Part shown: one piece after another, positions 11,938 through 40,159 of the stretch
How the letters are laid out: every line of letters starts with the position of its first letter
Numbering within the stretch: the first letter of the stretch is position 1
Assembly: GCA_002633005.1 (NCBI GenBank)
Contig: NMRA01000023.1
Location: forward strand, 1,270,396 to 1,334,395
Source: Phoronis australis
Lineage: Eukaryota; Animalia; Phoronida
Length of the DNA stretch: 64,000 nucleotides
Reading direction: 5' to 3'
Translations under genes and position numbers: made by a program
The notes under the pieces: model-generated
Told to the model about the DNA's origin: nothing
Database searches by the model: none
The model's input: the letters and a program-made list of their open reading frames with translations, nothing else

Positions 11938-14449
11938 ATCCTTGTCAGCCAAAATCCAGTAGTTGGACCAAAGACCAAGTCAGCCCACATTATCTGAATT
12001 GAAAACACAAGTGAGAAGGAGGGTGGGCAGAAGGTAAGAAATCATGGTATTCATGGATCCGAATGTTTGCAAGTCGAAAAATCAATATCTACTAGGTTAC
12101 GCACAAGTCCAAAAGTTCACTAGTTCGAAAGTTAAAATGTTGAACATTCATGACACGAGGCTCTAAACAGTTACTTCGAGCAAAACGTTCGAGAGTATTT
12201 GAGCAGGTGTCTGCTTTAAGCCAGTTCCTGGAAGAACAGGTGCCTCTGGAAAGAAACCAAGCAAAGCTCAATAATGTGCACTGAGCTGAGTCTTTTTTGT
12301 TTACATTTTAAATTCTTGGCTGAACACCCCACAACGATTTTGTTGCACCACTGTTTTTGACTTTGAATCACTGGTTTCTGGTGTCATAGATCTTCGAACT
12401 AGATTCAAACTAACTGACTCTTCTCTGTGACGGATTTGTGAACCTTTGGCATCATATGGCAATTTTAAAAACATTGTGTTTGATATATTATACTTGAGAA
12501 CCTTCAGAGCTTTGATCTGTGCCCTATTTATACTAGTGCAGTATGAAAGGCAAGCAACGTTAGTTTACCATCATCATTTTCGTCTCAAAAACTTCTTCCG
12601 TTTTGGTTGTCCGTTAGGGAATGGGTGTGCTGCAGAAACTTTGGTGCACTGTTACCGGTCGTGACGTTGTGGTCCCACATGTCACGTATGGATACTAAAC
12701 CTTGTTTTGATGATTTCAACCAATCCTTGTTCTTTTACCTGTTAATGCATTTCAGGGGTCAGTATTTCAAGTTAAAGGCAGAAACCAACTAAAAACTCAA
12801 TACTTCCTATCTCATAAATTGGATATCGTGGTCTTTGGTGCCCGGTGGCCTTTTCCACATTCGCTTAAAGCGTAGGACATGCTTGCCAGTTTAACAGAAT
12901 TTGTAAGAAGTTTTCAAATTTTCTTCCAAATTTTTGCTGTTTGGCGAAGGTTACAAAGCATTATTTCGTTCAGAGAACTGGATGGGAAAGCCGTATTTTG
13001 TATGTGTTAGTAAGCCAAAGCCGGGTTTGGTATCCTTTTAAGGATGGACAAAGTTCAGTGGTTTAACAAATGACAAAAAAGTCGCTCAAATAAAATACAG
13101 CAACCAAGACTAAATGAAGTTCGATTCCGAGAAGGAATATTATACAGATGACCCGAACTGAGAGCTTATAGTGTATTTTACATTGATAAGATATCCCGGT
13201 TACTCAACTGCTCGTTTTCCGCATCGCGATTTTTGAGAGACTGTACCCTGAAACCATGTGTGAAACCCTCTGTATGAATAAAGAGGTATTCCTGAACGAC
13301 TGGCGAATAGAGTTTTCACTTAGCTTTTCCAAATCAAACAAGTGATCGGTCAAGTTTTGATGACTCAAATGAGTACAAACATGTATCTGAAACCGGTAAC
13401 TGTCGGGATGTTTGCAGCTGAAGGACACCATATCTTTGGTTGTGGTGTCATTCGTTTCAGTGTTTCTGCAGCACCTTTGGTACATTGTAACTGCTCGCGA
13501 CGTAAGGTCCAGTATGGTAATGATATACTAGTCAGCAAAAGTCAACTGGTTCGACGAAAGGCCAAGTCGCTAAAAAAATCTGCAATAAGGTGAAAAGAAA
13601 ATCAATCCCCTTGAAGCGATGAACCCTATATGACCTGAATTAAAAACTGCAAGTGAGAGTCTGTGGACCTAGTTTATGAAATCGTGGTTTTCATGGGTCG
13701 AAAGTTTTACAAGTCTAAAAATCCATTAATTTGAAGATCATACATTTCCGAAAATCTATCAAAAACTATAAGTTTGAACTTTCATACTAGGTTCTGAACA
13801 GTGATTTTAAGCAAAAACGTTCAGGATGATGTGCTCACCTGTTTGAAACTAGTTCTTCGAAGAGCCAGTGCCTCTAAAACGGATCCAAACAAAGTAGACC
13901 ATGTGCTCTGAGCTGTTGTATCTACTTCTAGTTTACATTTTCAAACTGTAGATTATCGCCACCAAAATTTTGCTGATCGGCTGCCCGATGGCTTTGAATC
14001 ACTGGTTTATGATATCATAGACCTTCAGACTAGTTGTGAACCGACTAGCTTTTCTTTCTGTCGGATTTGTGAACTTTTGGCACTTTTTCACTTGTATTAT
14101 GGGTATTCGAACTTGTGAACCTTCGCAGTATCGAGCTGTACCCTACTTATACTAATGCAGTGAGACACGCAAGCAACGTTAGATTACCTTCTTAGTTTTC
14201 GTGTTTCATCTTTCCTCCGTTTCGGTTATCCGTGGGTTTCAGCGTGTCGTTGGTGTATGGGTACGAGTATGGCGTGTAAATAGAGCAAAACGTGGGTTAA
14301 TGAAATTTACAAACAATCGACAAATCAACTATTGTTAATTGAAAAATATTTGTCCTTGCCACGACAGTAATCGATAACGGGAACCATGAATTGTTTTGGT
14401 CCATCTATTGGGGGAGGGGGGGGGGGGCATCCCGGGTCATGTCTCNCCA

Positions 14450-15495
14450 TTGGAAGCAAATATCGAATATGCCTGGGTTGAACGGTTCCAAGACGCACAC
14501 ACCATTGGATCCAATTTACAGATTCCTCGGCAATCCAGACAACAAAAGCATAGGGCTAACGTTTCTGCAGAAACACACAGGTAATAAATTATAATTCTAC
14601 ACAGTGTGCACATGATCGCAATTTTCTGGCATACTTTTTTCTTTGATGCTTTTTTACAATGGAAACGAAATAGAAATTATTTTCGGACATGCCAAATTTA
14701 CCCAGTAAAGTACAGGGTCTACGAGAGCACAGAAACTGATTCTAGTTTGTATTTCCACTTGGCTCTTTATCTGATCTATAACCAAAATCTAATTCACGTA
14801 GTGCGTAGTTAAGTTTGTAGTCAATACTTGTTTCTTTCACTAAGTACTACAGAAAAACAGTGAGAATACCCTTCTTAGACAACCTCTCAAATCGTGCAGT
14901 TGACCACCAGGTTTTCGGAAGACAACAAGCAGGTGGATGCTGTCATTTCTTGTGGCATTAGTGGTTAGCAAGATGAGGGTCGTACACTTAGACTCATTGG
15001 AGGATCGGCTGCATTTATGGGACATAGACTTGTCATCACCAGATTCTCTTTCTGACTATCGGCATTTTGAGTAACCCGTTGTGTCTTCTGTTAAGTTACC
15101 GATTGACCTATATATGTAATAGTGGAAACATAAAAAGTGTCAATATCTTTTGCTTTCATTTCTGCAATAACTCCGACGCTGGCGGTCCTTTTGGAATGCT
15201 CAAAGTCGAAAGGAATTGCCAGATAACAAGCACGCAGACGGCGACATCTTCCCAAACGTCAGGGAACTGTTATTGATAGGATGTCTATCTCCTATCCTAT
15301 TAGATCCTGTGAGGCAGAGAGATCACTTTCTGTGCTCAGGCATGTGAAGACACATTTGAGGAAATACTTTTTGGGTTATCTCTGATGGCCATGCATTACA
15401 AAACAACGAAAAGACTAGACACGTCACTTGTCGTCACGAGCTTTATCCAGAGCAACCCAAGGCGTGTGTTCTGCAAGTCTTTCTTGATTGAGTGA
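14450..15495 (+). pseudogene. hAT transposase remnants (hATC dimerisation domain; ZMYM1/Tip100-like)
   Basis: IPRQSRQQKHRANVSAET near 14520-14575. DIFPNVRELLLIGCLSPI/SCEAERSLSVLRHVKTHLR...LMAMHY...FIQSNPRR at 15243-15465, frameshifted. Confidence 0.8.
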
Positions 15496-16334
15496 AAGTG
15501 CGCCAAGTTTTGTCAATGAGTAGGCCTAACGGCAAGATGTATAAAATACATGTATGAGCCACCAATGGGGATTAAAAAGTGTTGAGCAGTTTTCAATTTA
15601 GGCTTTTTACATAGCAGGTCCGTAACCAGCATTGAACGGGGGGTGTTTCCAATTTTTAGAACGGTGGACCTTTGGTATTTTGCAATTGTCGACACTGTAG
15701 GGTTTCAGGAAAGGCCCTTGACGGAGCTTAAGTATGGGGGAAGGGAAATCTGTATACAAGACGATGACTCTCCGCTCTATGTTTGTGAGATAAGACGGAA
15801 CATGTAATACCAGAAATGAGAATGCTGTGGCTGTTGCTCGCAAAGAACGGGACACAAATTCGGATGTAATGTGGTCCAGCAATAGAACGTTCATTCATTA
15901 CTCCTGCCAAAATTTGAAATCAGGCATGCTTAAATGAGTGATTACTCCTCATTACATGTTCTATGAACTTTAGTCGGAGAATGACTTCACAAAATTGTTT
16001 ATCTTGTTGTATTTTTGCACGTTACTGAAGTTTCTTACGTCGCTGGAAATGGGAGAAGCCCACTATTTCGAAGGTCTTGTACTCTGAAGGTTCACTGCTT
16101 CAAAGATTCTCTACTCTGAAGGTTTACTGGTCCGAAAATATCTAAACTTTCAGACTCGGGTGTAATTTCTACGCTTTTACATGCAAAAATAACGACACTT
16201 CGGTTATAACATGTAGCCTGGATGCACACATACTGAAACGCTTTGTTTGGATTTCATGTAGACAATGACCACCGTCTAGCTGACCAGTACAACTAAGGAA
16301 GGTGGTCATTGTTTAGACTCATTATCAATGTGCA

Positions 16335-16505
16335 TGCCAGGTCTGCTAATTCCCATCCCTTTTTGCGGTGCATTTTTTTTTCTGATCCACTCCTTTTGAG
16401 GGGACAAAATGGAAATTTAAGAGCCCATTGGACCCCGCTCGGGTCCCGCAAAACTTAAAAAACTGACAAAGTACCGCCTACCTGCAATCTTTGCTTCACC
16501 GGCGC
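16335..16505 (+). repeat. dispersed repeat, second copy at ~52803-52950
   Basis: tgccaggtctgctaattccca...aatggaaattta...attggaccc...cgggtcccgcaaaactt is shared between the two sites. Confidence 0.75.
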
Positions 16506-17036
16506 CTGCGGGCACCTTGTTAAAATAAATGACTCACATCCGGGGAAGTTAACAAGTTCCGGCTCTCACATTTTCTCTAGCAGTGGCCAAACTGAAGTAA
16601 ACCTAATTTTGGTACTGTGAAGAGTTAGCTCCTCTACTTATTAAAGGCTGCCACATGCGGGAGTCGTATATCATACAACGCGTCTGTGAAGGTGCGTCCG
16701 TATAATTTCGATCGAAGGTGCCGGGCCGTAGGCATTTGCACATTTTTGCGAAACGTGAGTAAACTCCAAGCATGTTGACTGGTGTCAAGTTGCAATTATG
16801 AGTAAATAAAAATATCAAGAACGGAACTCACGATGATAAAACAGGCAAACAAGGGGCATCTAAAGTAAAGTAAACAAAAAAGTAGAATTCCCACAAAAAC
16901 GAATCGAATTTTTATGACGGGGAAACGATCAAGTTGTCGTAAAGCCACACTAAAGGGTCATTTTCTTCATACTTTTGAAAGTTAAAACTCGCAACCGAAG
17001 TCGCAAAATATGCCTCAAACCGTTGTACCGTCATCG

Positions 17037-17382
17037 ACAAGAGTGACGCGGAGCGCCTGTTCAAATGCGCCCACGAATGCACCGCAAACGGTGTGCTTAT
17101 AGGGGTGATTATTTGGAACATAAAAACGGCCATTAGATGACCCAAAATACGTCAAATCCATTCGAAACCTGGTATGTACCATGAAAGCTATTTACCAAAA
17201 TTTCATGAAAAGCCGTCAAGGAACTCCTGAGAAACCGAGGAAACGGGAAAAAAATTGAAATGAAATTGCCACTAGGATCGAGGCTAAAGGCGCAAAAAAA
17301 CATAATTGCCATTAAGAGACGCCACAGTAGATGAAGTCATCCATCCGAAAGTCGCCGTCTTTTGTATCTAGTTCGTATAAAT
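17037..17382 (+). mobile_element. truncated second copy of the HINE at 3070-4408
   Basis: ACAAGAG...ATGCGCCCACGAATGC followed by sequence colinear with about 3100-3520. Confidence 0.7.
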
Positions 17383-20300
17383 CAGGGCCGTAGGAAGCGG
17401 GGGGCCGGGGGGGACACGGGCCCCCAAAAACATTTTCAGGCGTCAGGGTTAAACCGTGGCAACCGACGCGTGGGGAGGGCACAGTGGAGAAAAGAAAGAC
17501 TGCTAAATGCGGATAAGAGAGAAAACTCAAGAGGACATTTTACAACTCTATATCAGTGCATGGTTTACCTTTTAAGGCCCTGGCCATCACATTGTTGTTG
17601 GGGTCTCTGCTTTCACAGCACAGGTCGTCTAAACGTACTTGGAAACGTGCACGTAATCATTCATACACACATTTCGAAAAATTGAGAAAATTTGTAAAGC
17701 GAAGCTTTTGCAGAGCGTATTAATTTACTGGATTTTTTAATTCAGTAAGTCAATTTTGCGACTGCAAAACCATATTTTTCCAGAGGCCCCTCTCTGGCAA
17801 AGGATAACGGAGACGACTGTCGTTTTTTCTTGAATTGTATATATGATGACCTGACACATATCACCAATTGCTGCACATTTCTTGATTTTTGAAAATATAG
17901 ATATTTTCACATAGGGTGGCCATTAATGACATTCAAGTTACCACAGTTTTTATATTTCTATTGACAAATTCTTAAGGGTAAGCTCACGGAGACAGGACCC
18001 AATATTGGACTCGATTACATCTATTTCCCTGTTTTTTTGTGAAATCGTGCAACCAACTTTCATATTGAAGAAGGTCTCTTCCTGCACCGTCGTCTGACAA
18101 CACAACGGTGGAATGAACTGTCACTCTTTTCGAAGCTTAATGATATTTAGCTTTTTATAATTAAGGTGTCCCATTTCAGACGGGACCCTATGTCGGTGGA
18201 GCAGTTCGGAGAAGTGTCCATTTGTCCCTCTTTACATGTAAATCCGACACTGCCAAGTATTCACGAGGGAAGTTGTGATTCGAAATTCATAAAAAAACGC
18301 AAAACATTCATGCACAGCACAGCAGTATCAAGACATTCGACCCAAACAACCAAAAAAATTGAAAAAAAATACAATAGGATTGACCGCCATCGTAAGGGAG
18401 TTAGGCATTTTAAAGAACGTGAAGACCGCTGTTTGTTAATTACACAAAATTACTATTTCCGATGGTTAGTAATAAAATAATGTTACTGTTCCCCATATTA
18501 TCACAAGAATAGTATCTTATTTGAAGATGGTTACTATGAGTTGTTCGTAAAGAATTCCCACATGTGGAAAGCACTGCTGTCGAGGCTACCATTGGGGTGA
18601 CCGTGTACATGTCGAACGAGTGTACCAAAATACTCGCAATAATAAACAAATTAAACAAATATTTCAGCGTTTTCTGGCCTCTACGTTCGTCATATGAATG
18701 ATATCATAACTTGCATTGTCCATCATCGCCACCATCGTCGTCATAGCTGTCATCGTCGTCTTTTCTCGTCATCTCTAACGTGTTTTTTTGGGGTTAATTT
18801 CGCCAAGTTTCGCTCCTCGGAGCGCTTTCATTTATGTTTTAATTATTTTTATTGCCCATTCTGTATGTTATTCTGGTCTTGGTAACTGTTTCCAAAGGTG
18901 GCTTGACTGGGATGGTTGGGCGAGTGACCGAGGGGCTGATATGACTGGCAACCTGGGAACTTTGCAATGAAAAGGATTAAGAGCTAGGAGTAGGATACAA
19001 CAATGAATGACTAGAAGTACTAGTAGGCCTACCGTACGAAGTGGGGTTTTGTTTTGAACAGTTTGTCATGCCCCGTTGTACCTGCCACCTGATCCCCCTG
19101 TATACGCCAGTGCTTAGAGCTCGCAATTTGCTCGTAATTTGTGGAAGTGTTTTCATATTCTATCTCCCTCGTTACATCGTCAATCGTTGCCAGCACACAT
19201 GGCCTTAAGCAGGGATGTGTAATCCTTTATTATCTGATTAAGGAAGAAGTTCAGATGACACTTGTTGAGTAAAAGTGTTATTTTTGGCAAATAAAGTGGA
19301 AATGCTAATTTCATTTTACACGTGCAATTTAATGAAGATTAGTTTTTCATTGGTATGTTGTGTGAGAGGTCTAAATATTGATGACAATCAGACAATAGTT
19401 ACAGAACACAACTCTCTGAGGTTCTGTTGACAGGTTTTGAATGTTCTCATAGAGACGATTAGACTTTTCTGGCCTACAATATTTGTGCCTTTCTCTGCTA
19501 CAGACCCACATAAAAATCGCCAATGTATGTAAAGACTTTATGATATAAAGACAGAAATGGCCCAGTGAAATAATACTGTCCATACCACTTGCTTTGGCAC
19601 AATATCTTACAAACCACTGTCCAGCATTCGCTGTTTGAAAAGCAACTATGTTAGACTGAGTGAGGTAACATATGAACATGCGTCTTTTGCAGGTTTTCGG
19701 CATCTCTAAATACAGATGATAACATTTAACAACTGGACTGAAACATGGTGGCATACAGTAATGTTTGATACAAATGTTCTTGCGTGAGTGAGGAGCATAC
19801 AAAGGTAATGACATATCTAAGTTGTGTTAATATTGCTTTTTCGTTATGCAAGATAGGTGATCTTCAGCTTTTTATGTAGGTGTCATTGTCCTTGAAGGTG
19901 ATCTTCCATCAGGAAAGTGTTTGTTCCATCGACGCTTTCATTTATAGGCCTAGGTTGTATTTAGTTGTCTATAGCAAAATGAAACAGCAACAATGTGAAG
20001 CGCGAAGAAAAAGAGAGTTCAGTAACTAGGATCGGTAGCGGATTGGTGGCTCAGATCCCAGATCGCGGGGGAATCGTGTTCCCATTTTTTTAGTCCACCG
20101 ATAGATTTTCTGAACAGAAAGTCCACATCCTCAGTTCCCACAACTTTCGGGCCCCCGGTTCACATATAATCGCGCTTTGTCCAATTCCCTGAGGCAACAT
20201 GTTGGGCCATCCCCCTTATGGTATCCTAGATTCGCCAATGTATAGTAAACAAAATACTTGAATGCGATGGATGATCTTGTTTGAATCTGCTGACAAATAA

Positions 20301-21671
20301 ATTATCATTGTCAAAATGTGGAAACAGAGAATAATAGATTTTTCATTTATTTGATTTTCTTATAGATCAAACATTCACCTAAAGACAATAAATCTCGATC
20401 CTTGTTCACTTTTCAAAGCTCGTTGTGTATGTATTTGTCACAGGTATTATGCATGTCAACATGAAAACAATTTTGTCTGAAATGCGTATTTTTGATTGAA
20501 GAGTTTTGTATGTAGTATCATCGTGTTTGTAAAGGGATTTAAACTATTCTATTTATTTTAAACAGGTTCCAAGCAGCTTCCTGTGTTCCAGAAAGTCAAG
20601 GATAAGAGGAAGAGTTCCCCTCAACTGACGCAGCACATTCAAGCTACTAAATCAAGGACACACAACTGGTCTCATTGACAGCACATGCTAGTGAACATCT
20701 TTATCGCTTGCACAGGATCGGTGATAACCATTCGTTCTACTGTGCGCTGTCTGTAGGTCAACAGATTAGCCAAAGTTGGAGGACCCCATTTCATTGCTGT
20801 TACACCATTTGAAGCTGCTTGCCAATGAATCACCTTAAATGCAGCATATGTCCCTCTCAGGTCTATGTAACCTAATCTGCCTGATAGATCAGTCTATATT
20901 TCTTTTATTAAATTGCTACTGATGCTTCTTTAATGCTTTAATGTACCGACATTGTCTGCTTGCTTTGATGTTGGGGCTTATTATTTTTATGGCATTTGAT
21001 CGGTCACATTACTAGTTGCGTAACATTCTGGTGGCATAAATGAAAAGTGTTATTCCTCAGGAAGGTGGGTCAAAATTATCTGTGTTCCAGAAAATCAGAG
21101 GACAGAAGTATCAGTTGTCATGTAATGAAACAACATGAATAACCAAAAATTTAATGTCAGGGCATAAGGTATATGTGGCACCTTACTGACAAATATCTAC
21201 AAACTTTGGAATTTAACTTTCTAAAACACTACTTTAATTCATGAAAGTAGAGAGTCCTTATACATTGACTTAATATATCAATCTGCCATTAATTGGGTCC
21301 CTTGACCATATTTTTTATAAGATTTCGGAAAAAGGGAATACATTCATAACAAAACAGTGGAGTCGATAACATGACCAATATTCTTTTTACATAAATGTTC
21401 AAGATGAAATCTGAAAAATTGAAAAATGCCGATGTCAGACGATTGACTGTGGGTTTGTTTAAAAGGTAGCTATGCTTTGAGATTGTGCGTAGATGGAAAG
21501 TGAATATTCAAATCCAGTAATTAACTTATTATATGCTAAGCCCTAATTAGACAAGTGAAACTTGTTGTTAATTAATTAAGTAATAAACTACAAAGAAGAG
21601 TAACTACACTAGAGCCCTCTTTAAAGATTACCTCAATCAATCAACCAAAATACAAATGTCTTATCTGCTAT

Positions 21672-22072
21672 CTTTGGTAAGCCGGAATTTCGACAGAGAA
21701 ATCACTGTCGACGAAATGCTGCCACAGACACGGACTGTTTCACGGCCCCTCATACTTGCTATTAACAGCGTAACTTTCATTCTTCACTACAGCGAGCCAC
21801 TTCCTAAGCGTTTCGGGCTCTCGAGGGAGTCGAAAAAACGATATACCCGCTTCTTCGCAGCTTCATAGTTCAGACAATCGAAAACGATGCACCGCAATAC
21901 ACCGGCATTCACTCTGCAGACGAACCACTGACGTCGCTGCGTCGTTTCTCACCTTCCACACAGGTTAACGCGACACCTCTCGGCAAGGTGAGGTCGACCG
22001 TATAAGAGGCAATTTCGATATAGACCGATTAAGACGGTAAAAAAGACTAATTTAATCGGGTGGCATTCTCCT
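21672..22072 (-). mobile_element. partial Kolobok-like element (right end) with a THAP-domain remnant
   Basis: Colinear with about 38654-39046 and ends GGGTGGCATTCTCCT|TTAA. The minus strand reads RCIVFDCLNYEAAKK/AGISFFRLPREPETLRKWLAVVKN.../RVCG-HFVDSDF, with frameshifts. Confidence 0.85.
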
Positions 22073-22423
22073 TTAAATGATGTTTTATTCCAGTCCCTCG
22101 GTACTAATTAACTAGTATTCAAGAACAGGCCACGGGGGCGAGAGCTTTATCTCGATTTTTTAGAAATCTTTTCTCTCCGTTGCCTACCGGTTCAGTAACG
22201 ATTTCAGCCTAAGCGCCTTGTTCTGTGATTGTGTGCCAGGCAGCCGCTTAATTCCAAGTTCACGCAAGATTCCAAGTTCAAGTACGGGGTTTGGCATTTT
22301 GCTTAATGATCTCAAGATCACTTGCGTGATCTTGGAATTCCAAGTTCACTCAACACTCACTTCCTCTTATTCTTGAGATTAAGCAGGATTCTAAGTTCAC
22401 GTACAACAAAAAACCACATGTTA

Positions 22424-22437
22424 GTCACATGACCAAT
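22424..22437 (+). promoter_or_regulatory. possible E-box/CLEAR-like site plus CCAAT box upstream of BDH2
   Basis: GTCACATGAC overlapping CCAAT about 3.2 kb upstream of the first coding exon; motif match only. Confidence 0.2.
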
Positions 22438-22699
22438 CGGAGGATACTGCAGAGTAGGTCAGTAGTGCACATGTATTCTTTTTCATTGCAAAAAATTGTC
22501 GTTATCTTGACATAGCTGTTAGTATTGCAACTTTGGAGATTCTTGAGCTTTGTTTGTAGGCGATTCCTTCTCGGCTCGTGGTGTCGGATGAAGCAAAGTT
22601 AAGTGTCAGCCTAGCCAAAATTGCAAAAAGCACTACGGCGTGTTCCCATTGCTCCCAACGAGGAGGTACTGAACAGTTCTCACAGGGATTTGCCTATCA

Positions 22700-23122
22700 G
22701 AACACACGTCAATGGACTCTTCACCCTTTCTTCACTCTGTCAAAAACTGCATGCAAATAAAGAAAAGTTTTGAGTCATTTCACATCACAAGCCCCACAGA
22801 TGAGCACAGAAACTATGTACTCTCTTGTATTTTTGACCCTTTCACTCCCAGTGGAAACCAAGCTGAACTGATGAACTTAGGCTATGACCAAAATCGCCCA
22901 ACTACAACACTGCATTCTGGCAATTTTGTGTTTTTCATCTCCCGGCGGGTTCTTTTGAGTTTGCTTTTCAGTATAGGAGTGAAAAGGTCAAAAATACTGG
23001 ACAGAATAAAGTGTCTGTGCTCATCTTTAGGGCTTGTGTTGTAAAGCCTACGACTTTTCATTCTTTGCATAGAATTTTCGTCAGAATGAAGAAAAGGTGA
23101 CAAGTCCATTGATGTCATGTGT
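22700..23122. mobile_element. MITE with ~140-bp imperfect terminal inverted repeats
   Basis: About 22703-22848 is the imperfect reverse complement of about 22976-23122. A related partial copy lies at about 44465-44690. Confidence 0.75.
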
Positions 23123-23129
23123 TAATTCT

Positions 23130-23348
23130 CATTACGGTATTTTCCCGTTGCTCCCAACTTGTTTGATTCTGTAGCCCCAACAACAAGTTGGGAAGTATAC
23201 TCCTGTAGCCAACATCAAGTTACACGACTGATTAACTCCATTCTGGCATTTAGGGTTGGAGGGCCAGCTCTCTTTTGTTCGATAATAGCTCTAATCTCCA
23301 ATAAGATCCTATCTACCCTGACTGGGCTGTGCTGTTAAAAATAAAAGT
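23130..23348 (+). repeat. fragment shared with the interior of the Kolobok-like element
   Basis: Colinear with about 37251-37465 (cattacgg...gctcccaacttg...gggccagctctcttttgttcgataat). Confidence 0.8.
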
Positions 23349-25117
23349 TAAGTTATAACATATTTGAACATGAACCAATAGCAATTCTGAAATCTTTGAC
23401 ATTGTAATTTTTGAATTGCCAAAATCGCCCAACTGCAACCGAAGTTATGTCAATCTATTCTTTCCAAGTACACCAGACACTCTGAGTTTGACTGTGTTCA
23501 CAGGTGGTCTGTAATAAGCCTAGTAGATAATATTGGCCTGCTTCTTGTCATAACAGACAAAATAGTGTGCTTGGCAGTTAACAAAGAAGCTAGATGTTAT
23601 CACATGCTCAGAACCCCCTACGTCTGTTAAAGTCACTGAACGGGAAAACGCTGTCTGTGATTGGCAAAACCCAATGAGAATTGTTCTGTATATACACCCT
23701 AAGGTATATGCAATGTAGCCTCTAGGCACAAATGGGAGGCAGTACACAATAGATTTATAAAACCATTAATCACTGTTTAATCATTGACAATTTGGTGGTG
23801 GTGAGTTTTGTTTTGAGGTTTTTTATATCACCGACTATTCAGTGTATTTAATAAAAGTTAACAATCAAACATTACACACATTTCCAAATGATGTTTTCCT
23901 TTGGAATCATTAAAAACTCCCTGTTTTGGTTTCAACATGCCAAGAATTGTACGATGACACTTGGCTTACCTCCGTCAAAATCCAACTGCTGCCTGATGGT
24001 TTGGTAATTGGTCCAATTATGTTGCACAGCAGAATTAATGAGGAACATAATATGGCAACATCATTCAACAATTTTAGGTTGTAAAAGTCACATTAAAATA
24101 CTGCTGTCATCCCTAGTGTAGTTATGATGGGTCTGATTATCTAGGGAACAATGACATCAGCAGCCTTAGGCGAAAACTACAACAACAAAGTGTCTTTGAT
24201 CAATGCGGCAGATTTTGAGGTATATGCAAACTGGTCGAGATGCCTAATCTGAACCAGTGAGGGCGTCAAGGTAGGGTACTTTTCATTTAGACAAAATCCA
24301 GATATCAGATCCTTTTGCTCTTTTGTTTAGCATCATGACTTTCAGGTCTTATTTACCATAAACATGTTTGTCATCCAGGGCTCGTCCTGAATTTGTCATG
24401 GAGAGCAATTTTTATTTTTATGGTGTCACATGACATGGGAATAGTATTTACAGACCATACTACACCAAGACTAGGCTAGGTGAGGTGCTTCTGTCCCTTA
24501 GAACATCAAAAGGAATTCTGGCTACTGCAAGCTACTCCCCAGCCAAGCAGCAAGTCAACCTATTCATAAAGACATGCCCGAGTTAATTAAGCGTGTAAAT
24601 ATTTGTTAGAAATTAAAGTGCAACTGTAATCATTTCCAGGAGATTAGGTTTATTGCATTGGAAACAAAAAGAGTAATGGAAATATGCTGTCTACATGTAA
24701 CCATGCAGAGGCCAGTGGGCTGTAATTTGTAACCACAACTTAGTCCTGCAGATCCTCACTACAAATTCGTCATCCACTGAAAGACTATCATAGCCTTAAT
24801 ATCATATGCCATATGCTTGGACATTAGCCTTGTTGCAAATGAACACTTTGATGAAGCATCATCTAAAGTAATTCACCCTATCATGTTCTTTCGTAGTGTT
24901 TTGTCAATCAACAAGATTAAATGACTGGCAGTACAGACAACATTACTAGCACTCTGCCTCTCAGCACCTTATGGTGATTATAGATGAATTTCTGTACTCT
25001 GAGCGAATATTTCAATTTCTTGCAAATACTTTTTACTGATGCTTCAGACTTTTTTGAAATGTTTTTTTAAATCTGCATGGCACACAGACAAAGACGATAA
25101 ACATGTTTATTTTTTGC

Positions 25118-25240
25118 CTGGCAGTGGTCTTTGGTGCTACCTGTCAGTGGCCTTTGGTGCTACCTTCCAATGGCCTTTTAGTGTTACCTGTCATTGGCCT
25201 TTGGTGCTACCTGCCAGTGGCCTTTGGTGCTACCTGTCAC
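25118..25240. repeat. 22-bp minisatellite (gtggcctttggtgctacctgcc-like)
   Basis: About 5 imperfect tandem copies. Confidence 0.85.
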
Positions 25241-25357
25241 TTACTGGCAATTAACTAACACTGGATCATTGACTTCTTGGGCATGTGCTTGAAGTAATAC
25301 TAATGCTCTCGATGTACAGCGAGGCATGATGGCAAAAGCCTTTGCATATGGTAGGCA

Positions 25358-25528
25358 AACTGGTCACTCTTGTCCTGCTATTTCATACCCAAACTGGTCA
25401 CTCTTGTGCTGCTATTTTATATCCAAACTGGTCACTCTTGTCCTGCTACTTGATCCTAACTGGTCACTCTTGTCCTGCTATTTTATATCCGAACTGGTCA
25501 CTCTTGTCCTGCTATTTCATATCCAAAC
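25358..25528. repeat. ~34-bp minisatellite (aaactggtcactcttgtcctgctattttatatcc)
   Basis: 5 tandem copies just upstream of BDH2 coding exon 1. Confidence 0.9.
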
Positions 25529-25665
25529 GAAAGTGCTTTAGGTTTCCAAGGGATTTAGTAAAACTACAAATGATGCATACTTTTTTCTCAAGTAATATTA
25601 AAATTGTTGAATACTAATGATGGTATGTCTACTTTCTCACACATTTTGTTTTTGCAGTGCTAGAG

Positions 25666-40159
<14,494 letters not shown>

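Larger units (their letters stand above)
1200..14410. repeat. degenerate tandem array of a ~2.15-kb unit (about 5-6 partial or complete copies)
   Basis: Blocks recur in order. 'agttcctggaagaaccggt' near 2160, 5475, 7650, 12225 and 13850. 'tttgtccctagc..cagaaat..ccactgctcggctcca' near 2685, 5995, 6200, 10205 and 14350. 'catgtaac.g.taagaca..atctctttgg.tcactg' near 4560, 6710 and 10710. The uninterrupted period is about 4890 to 7050. Confidence 0.88.

Noticed and set aside
22250-22402. Four copies of ATTC(C/T)AAGTTCA as a regulatory array
   Set aside because: Spacing is irregular and the copies lie between transposon fragments, so they are most likely internal sub-repeats of a MITE.
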